Assembly (NCBI GenBank): GCA_965215275.1
Contig: OZ244044.1
Span: forward strand, 1,312,001 to 1,376,000
Reading direction: 5' to 3'
DNA length: 64,000 nt
Origin: Thermodesulfobacteriota bacterium
Lineage (GTDB): Bacteria; Desulfobacterota_D; UBA1144; Nemesobacterales; JAJCZQ01
In this document: positions 9,801 to 20,756 of the stretch, one piece after another
Numbering within the stretch: the stretch's first letter is position 1
Layout: every line of letters starts with the position of its first letter
Translations under genes and position numbers: made by a program
The notes under the pieces: model-generated
The model's database searches: none
What the model saw: the letters and a program-made list of their open reading frames with translations, nothing else
Told to the model about the DNA's origin: nothing

Positions 9801-9990
9801 ACTGTCTTGCATAGTGTAAGTATATAGTTCCCTTTACTATTACATTAATTACACTTTCTGGTATGTTTTTTCCGCTCGTTCTTTATTCTTATATATAGTC
9901 TGAGTTTGTTGTAATTTTGAGGTAGGCACAACTTTTAATGTAATTCTATATTGTGCTTTAATGGATATTGAAGTTAACTTAACCAGTTTC

Positions 9991-10007
9991 TCAAGTATGT
10001 AATTCCC
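9991..10007 (+). repeat. second IS1595-like right end
   Basis: TCAAGTATGTAATTCCC resembles the right IR end TAAGTATATAGTTCCC (9817-9832); its reverse complement matches the left IR at 13/16. Confidence 0.55.
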
Positions 10008-10037
10008 CAAACTTCAGGTATATACAGGAACATAAGA

Positions 10038-11390
10038 ATGGAAATAGAGAACATAGCACTTGAGATAAACGACTACATAGAAGATGGCAACGGTGAAGCC
10101 GTTAAAAGCAGACTTGGGGGACTGCATCCCTCCCAGATAGCGTCAATAATTCAGAACGTCAGTTCCGATAAACAGTCGTTTATCCTTGATTCTCTTGAAC
10201 CTGAGGTCACCTCGCAAGTTTACTTCGAACTGGATAGTGAGCAGCGCGAGGAGATAATAACCGAGCTTGACGAAGAAAAGATCGCCGATATTGCCGATGA
10301 GATGGAGTCCGATGACGCGGCAGACCTGATCGGTGAGCTTCCTGACCAGAAAGCGGAAAACGTCTTATCAAAAATGGACCCTGAAGAGGCCAAGGACATT
10401 GAACCGCTTCTCAGGTACCCAGTGGACACTGCAGGCGGGATCATGCAGGCAGAGCTTGTCAAGGTTACCAATGACAGCAATGTGAGAGATGCCATCAACT
10501 GGGTACGTCTGATAGCTGATGATCTGGAGGAGTTTCACGGAGTATTTATTACGGACAGGCACAAAAAACTACTTGGATTTGTTCCTCTTCGTAAATTAAT
10601 AATTGCAAACCCTAACTCGTCCGTGGAATCCGTAATGGATGAGGTCATGATCTCCACCACTCCCTACACGGACCAGGAGGAAGTATCCAATATATTTAAG
10701 AAGTACGATCTTGTAACGCTCCCGGTTATAAGCGATGAGGGCGTTCTTCTGGGCCGTATCACCTCGGATGACGTAATGGACGTTATCACGGAAGAAGCTG
10801 AAGAGGATATATTTCAGTTTGCCGGGTTAAAAGAACATCTACATCCGATCTACACGCCTCTGAGAGAAAGGATCAGATCAAGAACCCCTTGGTTGCTCCT
10901 GACGTTGGTTGGGGAGTTATTAATTGCTTTGATAATAATAAAGTTCTTTGAACCTACCTTGCAGAAAGTGGCGATCCTTGCCGCTTTTATGCCTGCTATA
11001 ATGGCAACCGGAGGCAACGTGGGACTTCAGACGACGACGATCATAGTCAGAAGTCTTGCAATGGGCACGGTAAAGATAAGACAGATATTCCGGATCATGC
11101 TTTCGGAAGTAACGGTGGGAGTAGCCCTTGGGGTCGTCTGCGGACTTATATCCTCCGTTATAGGGATACTTATCAGTTTCAGCGAACCGCAGGTACTGAG
11201 GCTTGGGCTTGCAGTGTTCCTGGCTATGCTGTCTGCTACCCTTGCTACATCGTTAATTGGGGTGGTGGCGCCAATTATGCTGCTGAAAACCGGCATGGAC
11301 CCGGCGGTGTCGTCCGGGCCATTTCTCACGATGTTCAACGATATATTCGGGTCTCTGTTCTATCTGCTGATAGCCATGCTTATTTTTTAA
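10038..11390 (+). CDS. mgtE: magnesium transporter MgtE
   Basis: MgtE N-domain (MESDDAADLI), CBS pair, RTPWLL, GGNVGLQTTT, DPAVSSGPFLTMFND. Confidence 0.96.
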   Translation: MEIENIALEINDYIEDGNGEAVKSRLGGLHPSQIASIIQNVSSDKQSFILDSLEPEVTSQVYFELDSEQREEIITELDEEKIADIADEMESDDAADLIGELPDQKAENVLSKMDPEEAKDIEPLLRYPVDTAGGIMQAELVKVTNDSNVRDAINWVRLIADDLEEFHGVFITDRHKKLLGFVPLRKLIIANPNSSVESVMDEVMISTTPYTDQEEVSNIFKKYDLVTLPVISDEGVLLGRITSDDVMDVITEEAEEDIFQFAGLKEHLHPIYTPLRERIRSRTPWLLLTLVGELLIALIIIKFFEPTLQKVAILAAFMPAIMATGGNVGLQTTTIIVRSLAMGTVKIRQIFRIMLSEVTVGVALGVVCGLISSVIGILISFSEPQVLRLGLAVFLAMLSATLATSLIGVVAPIMLLKTGMDPAVSSGPFLTMFNDIFGSLFYLLIAMLIF

Positions 11391-11405
11391 CGGACACGGG
11401 CAAGA

Positions 11406-12095
11406 ATGGAAAAATGTGAAGCCTTGATCATAAAAAAGTCGGTTTATAAAGAATCTGACTATCTTACAACGCTTTTCACTAAAAAGCACGGTAAGGTCAA
11501 GGCACTTGCGAGAAATGCAAAAAAAAGCCGGAAGAGGTTTGGAGGCAGACTGGACCCCTTTCTTGTTTTAAACGTGGACATATCTTTTAATAAGAACAGG
11601 TTCAACGTTCTGAATTACGTTTCTCTGGTAAGTTCGTACCCGAATATAATGAGCAGCGTTGAATCTTTTCTGATCGCGAACTTCGTCCTTGAACACCTGG
11701 ATATATTTGCCTGCGAAGGGCAGTCTAACGAAGGGTTGTTTAATGAAACTGTCAAAACCTTTGAACGAATGAACAAGGGACACGACCTGTTCCTCGTGCT
11801 GCTGAACTTTCAGCTTGACCTTCTGAGGATAAGCGGTATCAAACCGGATTTTAATGAAAGAGGATCTGACGCTGCGATATTTGATATAGTGGATGGGTGT
11901 TTGCATAATAAAGCGGGCAGATCAGAGAACGAAAGATATCGGCTGTTCCATACGGATATTATTACCAGACCGGAACTTATGGAAATATCTTCTGACAAGG
12001 TCGTCCACAACGTAAAAGTGCTTACGGGGTATATTGAGTACCACGCGGAAAGAAAGTTCAAATCCTCTGAATTTCTCGGAGAACTGACCTTTTAA
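11406..12095 (+). CDS. recO: DNA repair protein RecO
   Basis: YKESD..TLFTKKHGKVKALARNAKKSRKRFGGRLDPF. Confidence 0.92.
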   Translation: MEKCEALIIKKSVYKESDYLTTLFTKKHGKVKALARNAKKSRKRFGGRLDPFLVLNVDISFNKNRFNVLNYVSLVSSYPNIMSSVESFLIANFVLEHLDIFACEGQSNEGLFNETVKTFERMNKGHDLFLVLLNFQLDLLRISGIKPDFNERGSDAAIFDIVDGCLHNKAGRSENERYRLFHTDIITRPELMEISSDKVVHNVKVLTGYIEYHAERKFKSSEFLGELTF

Positions 12096-12260
12096 CGATC
12101 ATTGACTGACAAGATTTGAGATTACGGATAAAAACGTATAACCTTATACAAAAACACAGGTTGCAAGTGTTTGTTTCTTACGAAAATATAAACAGTTCAG
12201 GAATTGGTGGTCGTCCACGTTGGTAATGGTCGGGCGGTTCTGTCTTTAGGGTAATAAGTA

Positions 12261-13439
12261 ATGATACAGGTTCCAGGTTTTCAGTTCAGCAGTGTATATT
12301 CGGGTATAAAAAAGAGCAGAAAGAAAGATCTTGCACTTATCTATTCCGATATGCCTGCAAGAGCGGCTGGGGTTTTTACGACCAACGTGGTTAAAGCGGC
12401 TCCCGTGATACTGGGTCGGGAGAGGATAAAGACGGGGACGTGTCAGGTCCTTTTAATAAACAGCGGGGTTGCAAACGCCTTCACTGGTGAGAAGGGGTAT
12501 AAGAACGCCTCTTTATCTACGAGTTATCTGTCTAAGCTGCTGGGAATTGAAGAGCATTTGATAATCCCTTCCTCAACGGGAGTGATCGGCGAGCATCTGC
12601 CTATCGCCAAGATAAAGAAGCATCTTCCGAACCTTCTCTCCAATATGGAACCCAGCGGGGTCGAAGAAGTGGCCAAAGCGATAATGACCACGGACAAATC
12701 CCCCAAGTTTGCACACAGACAAGTCAAGATCGGTAACAAGGTCGGTACGGTAGTCGCCGTGGGCAAAGGATCGGGAATGATCCATCCTAAAATGGCCACG
12801 ATGCTCTGTTTTATAGTTACTGATATCAACGTTAATAAAACCGCTTTGAAAAAATCCCTGATCAATTCGGTGGAAAGTTCTTTCAATAAGATCATTGTTG
12901 ATGGAGATACCTCGACGAACGATTCGGTCATAGTTCTTGCCAACGGTATGCTCGGTAACAACGAGATAACCTTGAAAAGCAGTTATTACGGTAAGTTTGA
13001 AAAAACGCTGACCAGTCTGAACTCGGAGATCGCGGAGATGATAGTCAAGGACGGGGAAGGTTCCACGAAGGCGGTAACGATCAAGGTCGAAGGGGCCAGG
13101 ACGGATAAGGAGGCAGAAAAGATCGCAAGAGCGATCTCCACCTCTCAACTTGTAAAAACGGCGTTTTTTGGGCAGGACCCTAACTGGGGGCGTATACTGG
13201 CGGCTGCCGGGGGAGCAGGGGTTAACTTTGATCCCGATAAGATAGAGATGTTCTTTAATGATAAAAGGATCGTGAAGAACGGTGAGAGGTTTCAACCTGA
13301 GTCAAAATTTGCAAGCGTGTTTAAAAAACCTGAATTTACCGTGAAGGTCCAGCTGAAAGAGGGAAAGGGAAGTTCGCACATACTGACGAGCGATCTGACC
13401 ACGGATTACGTCAAGATAAACTCGCAGTACAGAACCTGA
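12261..13439 (+). CDS. argJ: bifunctional ornithine acetyltransferase/N-acetylglutamate synthase
   Basis: AIMTTD, KGSGMIHPKMATML, DGDTSTND, DGEG, DPNWGRI, C-terminal YRT. Confidence 0.97.
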   Translation: MIQVPGFQFSSVYSGIKKSRKKDLALIYSDMPARAAGVFTTNVVKAAPVILGRERIKTGTCQVLLINSGVANAFTGEKGYKNASLSTSYLSKLLGIEEHLIIPSSTGVIGEHLPIAKIKKHLPNLLSNMEPSGVEEVAKAIMTTDKSPKFAHRQVKIGNKVGTVVAVGKGSGMIHPKMATMLCFIVTDINVNKTALKKSLINSVESSFNKIIVDGDTSTNDSVIVLANGMLGNNEITLKSSYYGKFEKTLTSLNSEIAEMIVKDGEGSTKAVTIKVEGARTDKEAEKIARAISTSQLVKTAFFGQDPNWGRILAAAGGAGVNFDPDKIEMFFNDKRIVKNGERFQPESKFASVFKKPEFTVKVQLKEGKGSSHILTSDLTTDYVKINSQYRT

Positions 13440-13781
13440 TCATGGCGGCAGGAGTTTATATCCCACCAGAAGTATCATAAAAAACAGAAAGATACCGGCG
13501 GCAAGAGGTAGAGTCGACCTTGTCTGATCGGGTGATCCCGTCTTGACAGCTGCTTTAACGTAGCTTTCCGAATCGTGTGATACCTGGGTCTCGGAATAAA
13601 AATACGCTGCTGGACTGATTTTTCTTTCCTTGGATACCTGAGCCATCCGCTCGAAAAAAGGAACGCGTGACTGTATCCACGGGGATATAACGGAAATAAA
13701 CAGACCGATGCATATAAACCCCAGGAGGAGAAATCCCCAGCTTCGCAGTTTTTCGTACAGGGTCTTTTCTTTTTTTGTCAT
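13440..13781 (-). CDS. small membrane protein, probable partner of the upstream transporter
   Basis: Two hydrophobic segments; co-oriented 18 bp downstream of the YeiH-family gene. Confidence 0.6.
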   Translation of the reverse strand: MTKKEKTLYEKLRSWGFLLLGFICIGLFISVISPWIQSRVPFFERMAQVSKERKISPAAYFYSETQVSHDSESYVKAAVKTGSPDQTRSTLPLAAGIFLFFMILLVGYKLLPP

Positions 13782-13799
13782 AACTTTGTACTCGCCATA

Positions 13800-15563
13800 T
13801 TAGATCATTGCCGTAATATTAGGAAATATCAGATAAAACATTATATAAGAGACCAGAAGGGTCAGTCCAAGATTGAGGGATTGTCCGAAGATATAAAGTT
13901 TAAGGGGTTCACCTCCGGCAAACAGTTTTCTCAGACTGCTAAAATTAACCGCCAGTCCTATGCTTATGAATGAAAGGCAGAAAAACCATCCTCGCAGCAG
14001 GTCGCTCATTCCTTCCACCACGCCATAGACCACCATTGAGTTACCCATTCCGCTTACCTGATTGTCAAAATAGAGATAACATCCTGAGAAGAAGAAGGAC
14101 GAGGCCATAAACCCCAGGACGAACTTGGGAAACCTGTACCAGATCTCGCTGATACCTACCTTGTGTCCCGTTTCAGCACACTCTACCTTGGTGGTGAAAT
14201 ACACGGCAACGAAAAAAGCGATTATCCCTATCATTAAATTCTGTACCATCTTTATAGTTGCAGCGACGTAAAGGGCCTTTTCTCCCAGAAAGGCACCTGC
14301 TGCCACTACTGATCCCGTCGAATCGACCGTGCCACCTACCCACGCTCCACCCAGTATCATCTGACTGTCCGGCGGAAAGAACGTTATTATGAACAGCGGC
14401 AGGGCGAAGCTCATAATGGACGTGAATATCTGTGACATACCCACGGTCAGGGTTAATTCCTCATCCTTTGCTCTGCAGGCTTCCGCCGTGGCAATTGCAG
14501 CGGAAACCCCGCAGACGGACATATATGAACAGATAGTTGCGTTTAGCCGCTTGGACGCTATTTTAAGCACTTTCTGTCCGAACCAGTAAGTCGTCAGCCA
14601 GACGACTGGGGTGACGACCCATGCCACGAACACTCCCGGCATTCCGATTACAATTATTTTTTCAATAAGTATTTTTGACCCTAAAAGGACCAGGCCGGTT
14701 TTGATATAATACTCGGTCTGCACGGCAGATTTTGCCCATTTTGGAGTTCCCACGGTGTTGCTTATAAGCAGGCCGATCAATATTGCGAGCGGGGCATATC
14801 CTATGCCGTAATACTTAACGGTTTCCTCCGCAGCGCATACGTAAGCCACCAGAGCCAAGAAGAAGACAAAGCCGAACCCCTTGAGAAAAGGTAAAATACC
14901 CCCCCCCATGAACACTATTCCAATACTGAACAATAGGGCAAAAGCGATCGACAGGATAATAAGATTACCTATCGTATTGTACGCTTCGATCTCGACGTCG
15001 TCCTTGAGCATTGAGCTTTTGAGATAAGCGTTGCGCCAATCAGTGATAGCGGACACGGCCCTGTTATTTAAGGACCTGTCGTGAAAACCGGCGTCTTCTG
15101 CGGCTTTTTCCGCGGCTGTTGCTTTCTCAAGTGCCGCGGTCTCTGTCTCTCTGAACTTTTCATATTCTTCAAGGGCCTTCTCTCGCTTCAGTGCAGCCTT
15201 TTCCTCGCTCATAAAGAACGCGTCCACTGGATTGCCCGACCATTCTTTTGGCTTTTTTGTTAATTTCGTCAGCCACTGGCCAAACGTGTTATCATCGGGT
15301 TTTATTTTATTTTTTGCATCCTGCATCTGATAGAACGCAATGGTTTTGAACGTGCTGGTCCTGGTTGCCTGAAAGGCGTATTGCTTCTCTACTTCTTCCA
15401 GCTTTTCTCTTATTTCGCCGGCTTGGGGAAAGTAAACGATCGATCCGACCGCCAGCAGGATGAACCCTATCCATACGGCCCACCAGTCTTTTGTGCGGAG
15501 CAGTCTTGACCATGTCCATTTAACGAGACGGGAAATCTCCTGTAATAGGGTTTTTTCCGGCAT
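13800..15563 (-). CDS. putative sulfate exporter / YeiH (UPF0324) family transporter with large soluble insertion
   Basis: DWWAVWIG, EYYIKTGLVLLG, SVCGVSAAIA, GGTVDSTGSV, ATIKMVQN, RFPKFVLGF motifs. Confidence 0.85.
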   Translation of the reverse strand: MPEKTLLQEISRLVKWTWSRLLRTKDWWAVWIGFILLAVGSIVYFPQAGEIREKLEEVEKQYAFQATRTSTFKTIAFYQMQDAKNKIKPDDNTFGQWLTKLTKKPKEWSGNPVDAFFMSEEKAALKREKALEEYEKFRETETAALEKATAAEKAAEDAGFHDRSLNNRAVSAITDWRNAYLKSSMLKDDVEIEAYNTIGNLIILSIAFALLFSIGIVFMGGGILPFLKGFGFVFFLALVAYVCAAEETVKYYGIGYAPLAILIGLLISNTVGTPKWAKSAVQTEYYIKTGLVLLGSKILIEKIIVIGMPGVFVAWVVTPVVWLTTYWFGQKVLKIASKRLNATICSYMSVCGVSAAIATAEACRAKDEELTLTVGMSQIFTSIMSFALPLFIITFFPPDSQMILGGAWVGGTVDSTGSVVAAGAFLGEKALYVAATIKMVQNLMIGIIAFFVAVYFTTKVECAETGHKVGISEIWYRFPKFVLGFMASSFFFSGCYLYFDNQVSGMGNSMVVYGVVEGMSDLLRGWFFCLSFISIGLAVNFSSLRKLFAGGEPLKLYIFGQSLNLGLTLLVSYIMFYLIFPNITAMI

Positions 15564-15793
15564 TTTTATATCTTTGTAGCCTGTATGTTCGTGTTTATTA
15601 TTATGCTTGACCTCGTATTTTAAGACAATTTATATCGATTAACAAAAATCTCATAAGAAGGGGTTGCCTGGAGCAAAATAGGTATTACTTTAATTTTTTA
15701 GCGAAAGTGGTGTATAATATAATCCGAGGAGAATAAATGGGGTTTATAAGTTAATACATAATGCATTCTTAAAAACAGATCTTTAAAGGGAGA

Positions 15794-18223
15794 ATGAATA
15801 TGAGTTCAATAAGTTCTGATACAGCTAAAGAGATGCAGTTACCACTGCTGCCTCTGAGAGATGTTGTGATGTTCCCGTATATGGTCGCCCCGCTGTTCGT
15901 TGGAAGAGAGAGATCGATCAAGGCTTTAGAAGATGCAATGAATAAAAATAAGGAGATATTCCTTTCGGCTCAGAAAGAAGCCAAGGTCAATGATCCCATG
16001 GAGAACGATATATTTAAATTCGGCACGATCGGAGTTATTGTTCAGATGCTCAGGCTCCCCGATGGGACCGTTAAAGTCCTGATCGAAGGAAAGAAAAGAG
16101 GGAAAATAAAGGAATTCGTTCCCAACAAGGAGTTTTTTATAGTATCGGTCCAGGAAAAGCACGATGAGGCCGCGAGCGGTGCAGAGGCGGATGCTTTGAG
16201 GCGTTCGGTCATAAAGTCCTTTGAAGGTTATATAAAACTGAACAAGAAGATACCCAACGAAGTGCTCGCTACCGTTACTTCAATAGAGGACCTGGGCAGG
16301 CTGTCAGATACCATCGTTGCACATTTGAATCTTAAATTAAAGGATAAACAGAAAATTTTAGAGATTTTCAATCCACTTGCCAGGCTGGAGAACCTGTATG
16401 GAAAGATGCAGGAGGAAGTGGAGATACTGCAGATAGAAAAGCGGATCGGCAAGCGCGTGAAGAAGCAGATGGAGGAAGCACAGAGGGAATACTATCTTAC
16501 GGAGCAGATGAAGGCCATTCAGAAAGAACTGGGCGAAAAAGACGAGATGAAAACCGAGGTCCAGGAATTAGAGGAAAAACTCAAGTCGAAAGGACTTTCG
16601 GAAGACGTTAAAAACAGGGTCGAACGTGAGATCAAGAAACTCAAGATGATGTCTTCAATGTCAGCGGAGGCAACGGTCGTCAGAAACTACATTGACTGGC
16701 TTATAGACCTTCCGTGGGATAATGACTTTACTGAAGACCGTCTTGACATTGATGAAGCGGTAAGGATATTGGATGATGACCACTACGGCCTTGAAAAACC
16801 CAAGGAAAGAATTATAGAACACCTTGCGGTCAGAGTGTTAACTGAAAAATTAAAAGGACCGATACTCTGCTTTGTAGGTCCTCCTGGGGTTGGAAAGACG
16901 TCTTTAGCCAAATCAATAGCAAGGGCTATGGGAAGAAAATTTGTGAGGGTTTCTTTGGGTGGAGTAAGAGATGAAGCGGAGATAAGAGGTCATCGCAGGA
17001 CTTACATCGGAGCACTTCCCGGAAAGATAATCCAGGGTATGAAGAAGGCGGGAACGAACAACCCGGTGTTCCTTCTGGACGAGATAGACAAACTGGGCAT
17101 GGACTTTCGGGGAGACCCTGCTTCTGCACTGCTTGAGGCACTTGACCCGGAGCAGAACAAGACCTTTAATGACCACTATATAGAGGTTGACTACGATCTC
17201 TCAAAAGTGCTGTTCATAACTACCGCTAATATATTACACACGATCCCCTGGGCACTTCAGGACAGAATGGAGATCATTAAGGTTCCCGGCTACACGGAAG
17301 ATGAAAAACTTCAGATATCAAAGAGTTTTTTACTTGGAAAGCAGGTTGAATCGCATGGATTGACCCGAGATAACTTTGAGATAAGCGATAGTGGTATATT
17401 GACTATTATCAGAAGATATACCAAGGAGTCGGGCGTGAGAACGCTGGAAAGGGAACTGGGGGCCCTGTGCAGAAAAGCGGCAAGGGAGGTTGTGCAGAAA
17501 GACAAAAGCCATAAGGTAAAGGTCAATAAAAACAACCTTCAAAAGTACCTTGGTATAGCCAAGTATAAATATGGTGAGATCGAGGAGAATGACCAGGTAG
17601 GTGCTGCAACGGGTCTTGCCTGGACGGAGGTAGGGGGTGAACTGCTCACTATAGAGGTCTCGATCGTTCCCGGAAAAGGTAATTTTACCGTAACGGGTAA
17701 GCTGGGAGAAGTAATGCAGGAATCTGCCCAGGCGGCCATGAGCTACGTCAGGAACAGAGCAGAGCAGCTCGGTCTGGAAAGGTATTTTTATCAGAAAGTT
17801 GACATTCACATCCACGTGCCGGAAGGAGCCACTCCAAAAGATGGTCCATCTGCCGGGATCGCCATTGCAACTGCAATAGTAAGTGCTCTGATTAAAAAAC
17901 CGATCAGAAAGGACGTGGCTATGACGGGAGAGATAACGCTTCGCGGAAACGTTCTTGCAATAGGTGGATTAAAGGAAAAGATCCTGGCTGCTCATAGGGG
18001 CAGAGTTGAAAAAGTGCTCGTTCCTAAAGAAAATGAAAAGGATATGAAAGAGATCCCGCAAAAAATTCAAAAAGATATTGAGATAAAACTGGTTGGTCAC
18101 GTGGATGAAGTGCTTGGGGAAACTATCATATCGGAAGATCAGATACTAAAGGATTTTGTTGTTCCGCCAGCATTGATCGGGTCTAAACCCGGAGAGACGG
18201 TAAATCCTGTTGGAAAGCATTAA
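15794..18223 (+). CDS. lon: ATP-dependent Lon protease
   Basis: [38 protein letters not shown]. Confidence 0.99.
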   Translation: MNMSSISSDTAKEMQLPLLPLRDVVMFPYMVAPLFVGRERSIKALEDAMNKNKEIFLSAQKEAKVNDPMENDIFKFGTIGVIVQMLRLPDGTVKVLIEGKKRGKIKEFVPNKEFFIVSVQEKHDEAASGAEADALRRSVIKSFEGYIKLNKKIPNEVLATVTSIEDLGRLSDTIVAHLNLKLKDKQKILEIFNPLARLENLYGKMQEEVEILQIEKRIGKRVKKQMEEAQREYYLTEQMKAIQKELGEKDEMKTEVQELEEKLKSKGLSEDVKNRVEREIKKLKMMSSMSAEATVVRNYIDWLIDLPWDNDFTEDRLDIDEAVRILDDDHYGLEKPKERIIEHLAVRVLTEKLKGPILCFVGPPGVGKTSLAKSIARAMGRKFVRVSLGGVRDEAEIRGHRRTYIGALPGKIIQGMKKAGTNNPVFLLDEIDKLGMDFRGDPASALLEALDPEQNKTFNDHYIEVDYDLSKVLFITTANILHTIPWALQDRMEIIKVPGYTEDEKLQISKSFLLGKQVESHGLTRDNFEISDSGILTIIRRYTKESGVRTLERELGALCRKAAREVVQKDKSHKVKVNKNNLQKYLGIAKYKYGEIEENDQVGAATGLAWTEVGGELLTIEVSIVPGKGNFTVTGKLGEVMQESAQAAMSYVRNRAEQLGLERYFYQKVDIHIHVPEGATPKDGPSAGIAIATAIVSALIKKPIRKDVAMTGEITLRGNVLAIGGLKEKILAAHRGRVEKVLVPKENEKDMKEIPQKIQKDIEIKLVGHVDEVLGETIISEDQILKDFVVPPALIGSKPGETVNPVGKH

Positions 18224-18242
18224 AAGTTTCTAAGATTCTTTA

Positions 18243-19271
18243 CTAATTTCCTAATACTGTTTCTAACATACTTTTTAACCTGTTTGAATCTTTGACTAAC
18301 TTGCGAATTTCTTCTTTAAGTGCATTGATGTCATTGCGGTCCAGTTTTTCTAGGTCGGGTCGGTCGACACCCTCTATGGATGCACGAGCTCGTTTGACTT
18401 TCGCAAGAGGAACACTAATTCTAGCAGATTGATACGCATCATCAAAAGTAAGGTCACTTCTGATATATCTCTTTAAAATCTTGTTTTTGTTGATAATTTT
18501 TGGCAATTTGTTTCTAAGGTCTTGTGCTGTAAATTCATTTTTATCGGTATTATCATTGTTATCATCATTACTGGTAAGATTCCTTATTTTATTCAATATA
18601 AAACAACGAAGTTCATTATTTTTAGAGAAACCATCAGATATTGCCTTGCTCCTAACAATTACATCGTAATAACTAAAATGATACATATTGCTGTCTTGAT
18701 TTTTCTTCATTAACCTAATGGTTTCTATCCTTGTTTTAATCTCCTTTAATGTTTCTCCGAACCGTTCTGCTATATCGGTTTCTTTGATACCCCTATCATA
18801 TCTAACATAAGCAAAATTAGCTTTTTCATATGCGGTCCATTGAGTTTTTCCTTTGACATGAATCTGGTTAAGTAATGCATCTTGTTGTTCATCAGAAAGC
18901 CTAGAGACTATTTGACAGGGAATAAGTTCCCATTCTTCGTTATCTGGATATTTCTCATGTAAGCGATGAAAAACCGCCAGTCGAGAATTTCCTTCGATTA
19001 CTTCTTTTGTATCGTGTCTTACCAGAATTGGTTCTAATAATCCACCATGCTTTTCAATATCTGGGACCAAGTTTTTGACACTTGTTTCGCTGGAGAGTTT
19101 CTCATAGATGATTGTTTGTTGTTCATCAATAGTGAGTTCGTCAAAGTTTTCAACTTCGTGGGTACAAGAAAATACTCGAGGATTATCTCTTAGATATTTT
19201 AATTCATAGATGGACAGATAGTCATACGAGACTGGTATATTAACTTTCAAGATTTTTATTGAATTGTTCAT
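18243..19271 (-). CDS. ParB/Srx-like N-terminal domain protein (paralogue B)
   Basis: DNPRV...GGLLEPILV....VIEGNSRLA...HVKGKTQWTAYEKA, then an HTH-like segment. Confidence 0.75.
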   Translation of the reverse strand: MNNSIKILKVNIPVSYDYLSIYELKYLRDNPRVFSCTHEVENFDELTIDEQQTIIYEKLSSETSVKNLVPDIEKHGGLLEPILVRHDTKEVIEGNSRLAVFHRLHEKYPDNEEWELIPCQIVSRLSDEQQDALLNQIHVKGKTQWTAYEKANFAYVRYDRGIKETDIAERFGETLKEIKTRIETIRLMKKNQDSNMYHFSYYDVIVRSKAISDGFSKNNELRCFILNKIRNLTSNDDNNDNTDKNEFTAQDLRNKLPKIINKNKILKRYIRSDLTFDDAYQSARISVPLAKVKRARASIEGVDRPDLEKLDRNDINALKEEIRKLVKDSNRLKSMLETVLGN

Positions 19272-19283
19272 ATTAGTTTTTCT

Positions 19284-20756
19284 CTAAGTAAATTGATAAT
19301 TTTTATATTGAAGAATTTGTTTTAATGCTTCGGACAAATCAAAATTGAATTCTTTTTTAAATTCATTTTGTGAAATATCCCCTTGTGCCAATTGAGCTGC
19401 TTGATGTTTAGCATTCAATAATATATCTACCCATTCATCAATAGTTTCTTTTGCAATAAGGTTGTGAACAAAGCAACTCTCTTTCTGTGGTATTCTGTGA
19501 ATACGGTCTTGAGCCTGCAAATAATCATCAAGGCTAAATCCACGGTCATAAAACACTGCATGCTTTGCTATAGTTAAAGTCAAACCTTCTTTTGCAGCAC
19601 CTGGCGTGGCTAACAAGATTTTACAGGAAGGTTGTGTTTTGAACCTTCTTATTGCATCATATCGCTTCTCAATAGAAATCTTCCCATGCACTTTTGCTGG
19701 AAGTAATGATTGTAGTTTATTGCTTAACCATTCTATATTTTCCACAAAACATGTCCATACAATAACCTTATTTGTCTGAATATTAATTTCTTGGATTAGT
19801 TTTTCTAATCTAACAAACTTGCTTGGTAGACCTTTATATGTTTCATCCACAAGCATAGGGTTGGAGGCACACTGTACAAGACGCAATAATCTCTTCAAAA
19901 CATCTTCTGCGTTATCTTTTATAATACCTTTATCACTTTTGAACTCATAAATCAAGTCATTTCTGTATGATGCATAAATGTTTGCTTGGTTAGGTTCTAA
20001 TTCAACAAAATGTGTAAGTATGGTCTTATTAGGAAGGGCAATTCCTGCTGTTTTCTTTGTCTCACGTACAGAAAATTCCTTTAGTCTTTCCATTGTTTCA
20101 GAGAGTTTTTCTCCATACGGATGTATATTCTCTGTTTTATCTGGTAGGTCTACAGAGTTTTTAAATTTGGCGAAAGAATCTCCGAGTGACTTGCCACAAT
20201 CAAGAAATTTAATTTGAGACCACAAATCCTGTGGACGATTGGCAACTGGAGTTCCTGTCATTATAATACGACGAGAAAAATGGGTTGATAAGGAGTGAAA
20301 ATCTATTGAAAGTTTTGCCTTTGGGTTTTTAATTTTTTGGCTTTCGTCAAGGATTACTCCAACACGACAAGTGCTGAGAAATAAGTGAATAAGGTCAATG
20401 TTAGCAGATATAACTTCATAGTTCATTACATATATTAACACTGGTGAATTTAGGGCTATGCTGTTTTTACGACGATTTTCTGACAGAATTTTTGGAGTTA
20501 CATATGAGTGGGTTGATAACTCATCTATCCAGTTTTGAACTAGTATTTTTTTTGTAACGATAAACGCTGTATCAACGATGTCATTTTCAAGCCAATACAA
20601 GATCAAATCAACGGCGATCTTTGTTTTTCCAAGTCCCTGTTCATGAAAGATTGCAGCGTAAGGAAGTGGTCTTACAGCTCTGACGGCATCAAGTTGATAT
20701 GGGTAGGCTTCTAACTTAGCAGTCAACTTCGGTGGTTTTCTTAGTTTAAATGCCAC
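19284..20756 (-). CDS. SNF2-family (SF2) helicase/ATPase
   Basis: YPYQ, HEQGLGKT, LDESQKIKN, MTGTPVAN, EGLTLT, QAQDRIHRI. Confidence 0.92.
   Translation of the reverse strand: MAFKLRKPPKLTAKLEAYPYQLDAVRAVRPLPYAAIFHEQGLGKTKIAVDLILYWLENDIVDTAFIVTKKILVQNWIDELSTHSYVTPKILSENRRKNSIALNSPVLIYVMNYEVISANIDLIHLFLSTCRVGVILDESQKIKNPKAKLSIDFHSLSTHFSRRIIMTGTPVANRPQDLWSQIKFLDCGKSLGDSFAKFKNSVDLPDKTENIHPYGEKLSETMERLKEFSVRETKKTAGIALPNKTILTHFVELEPNQANIYASYRNDLIYEFKSDKGIIKDNAEDVLKRLLRLVQCASNPMLVDETYKGLPSKFVRLEKLIQEINIQTNKVIVWTCFVENIEWLSNKLQSLLPAKVHGKISIEKRYDAIRRFKTQPSCKILLATPGAAKEGLTLTIAKHAVFYDRGFSLDDYLQAQDRIHRIPQKESCFVHNLIAKETIDEWVDILLNAKHQAAQLAQGDISQNEFKKEFNFDLSEALKQILQYKNYQFT

Larger units (their letters stand above)
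6538..9832 (+). mobile_element. IS1595-family element, internally deleted, carrying R-M passenger genes
   Basis: 26-bp imperfect terminal IRs: GAGAATTATATACTTATAATATGCAA (6538-6563) and the reverse complement of 9807-9832, GGGAACTATATACTTACACTATGCAA (22/26 identical); contains a transposase remnant, MTase and REase. Confidence 0.8.
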
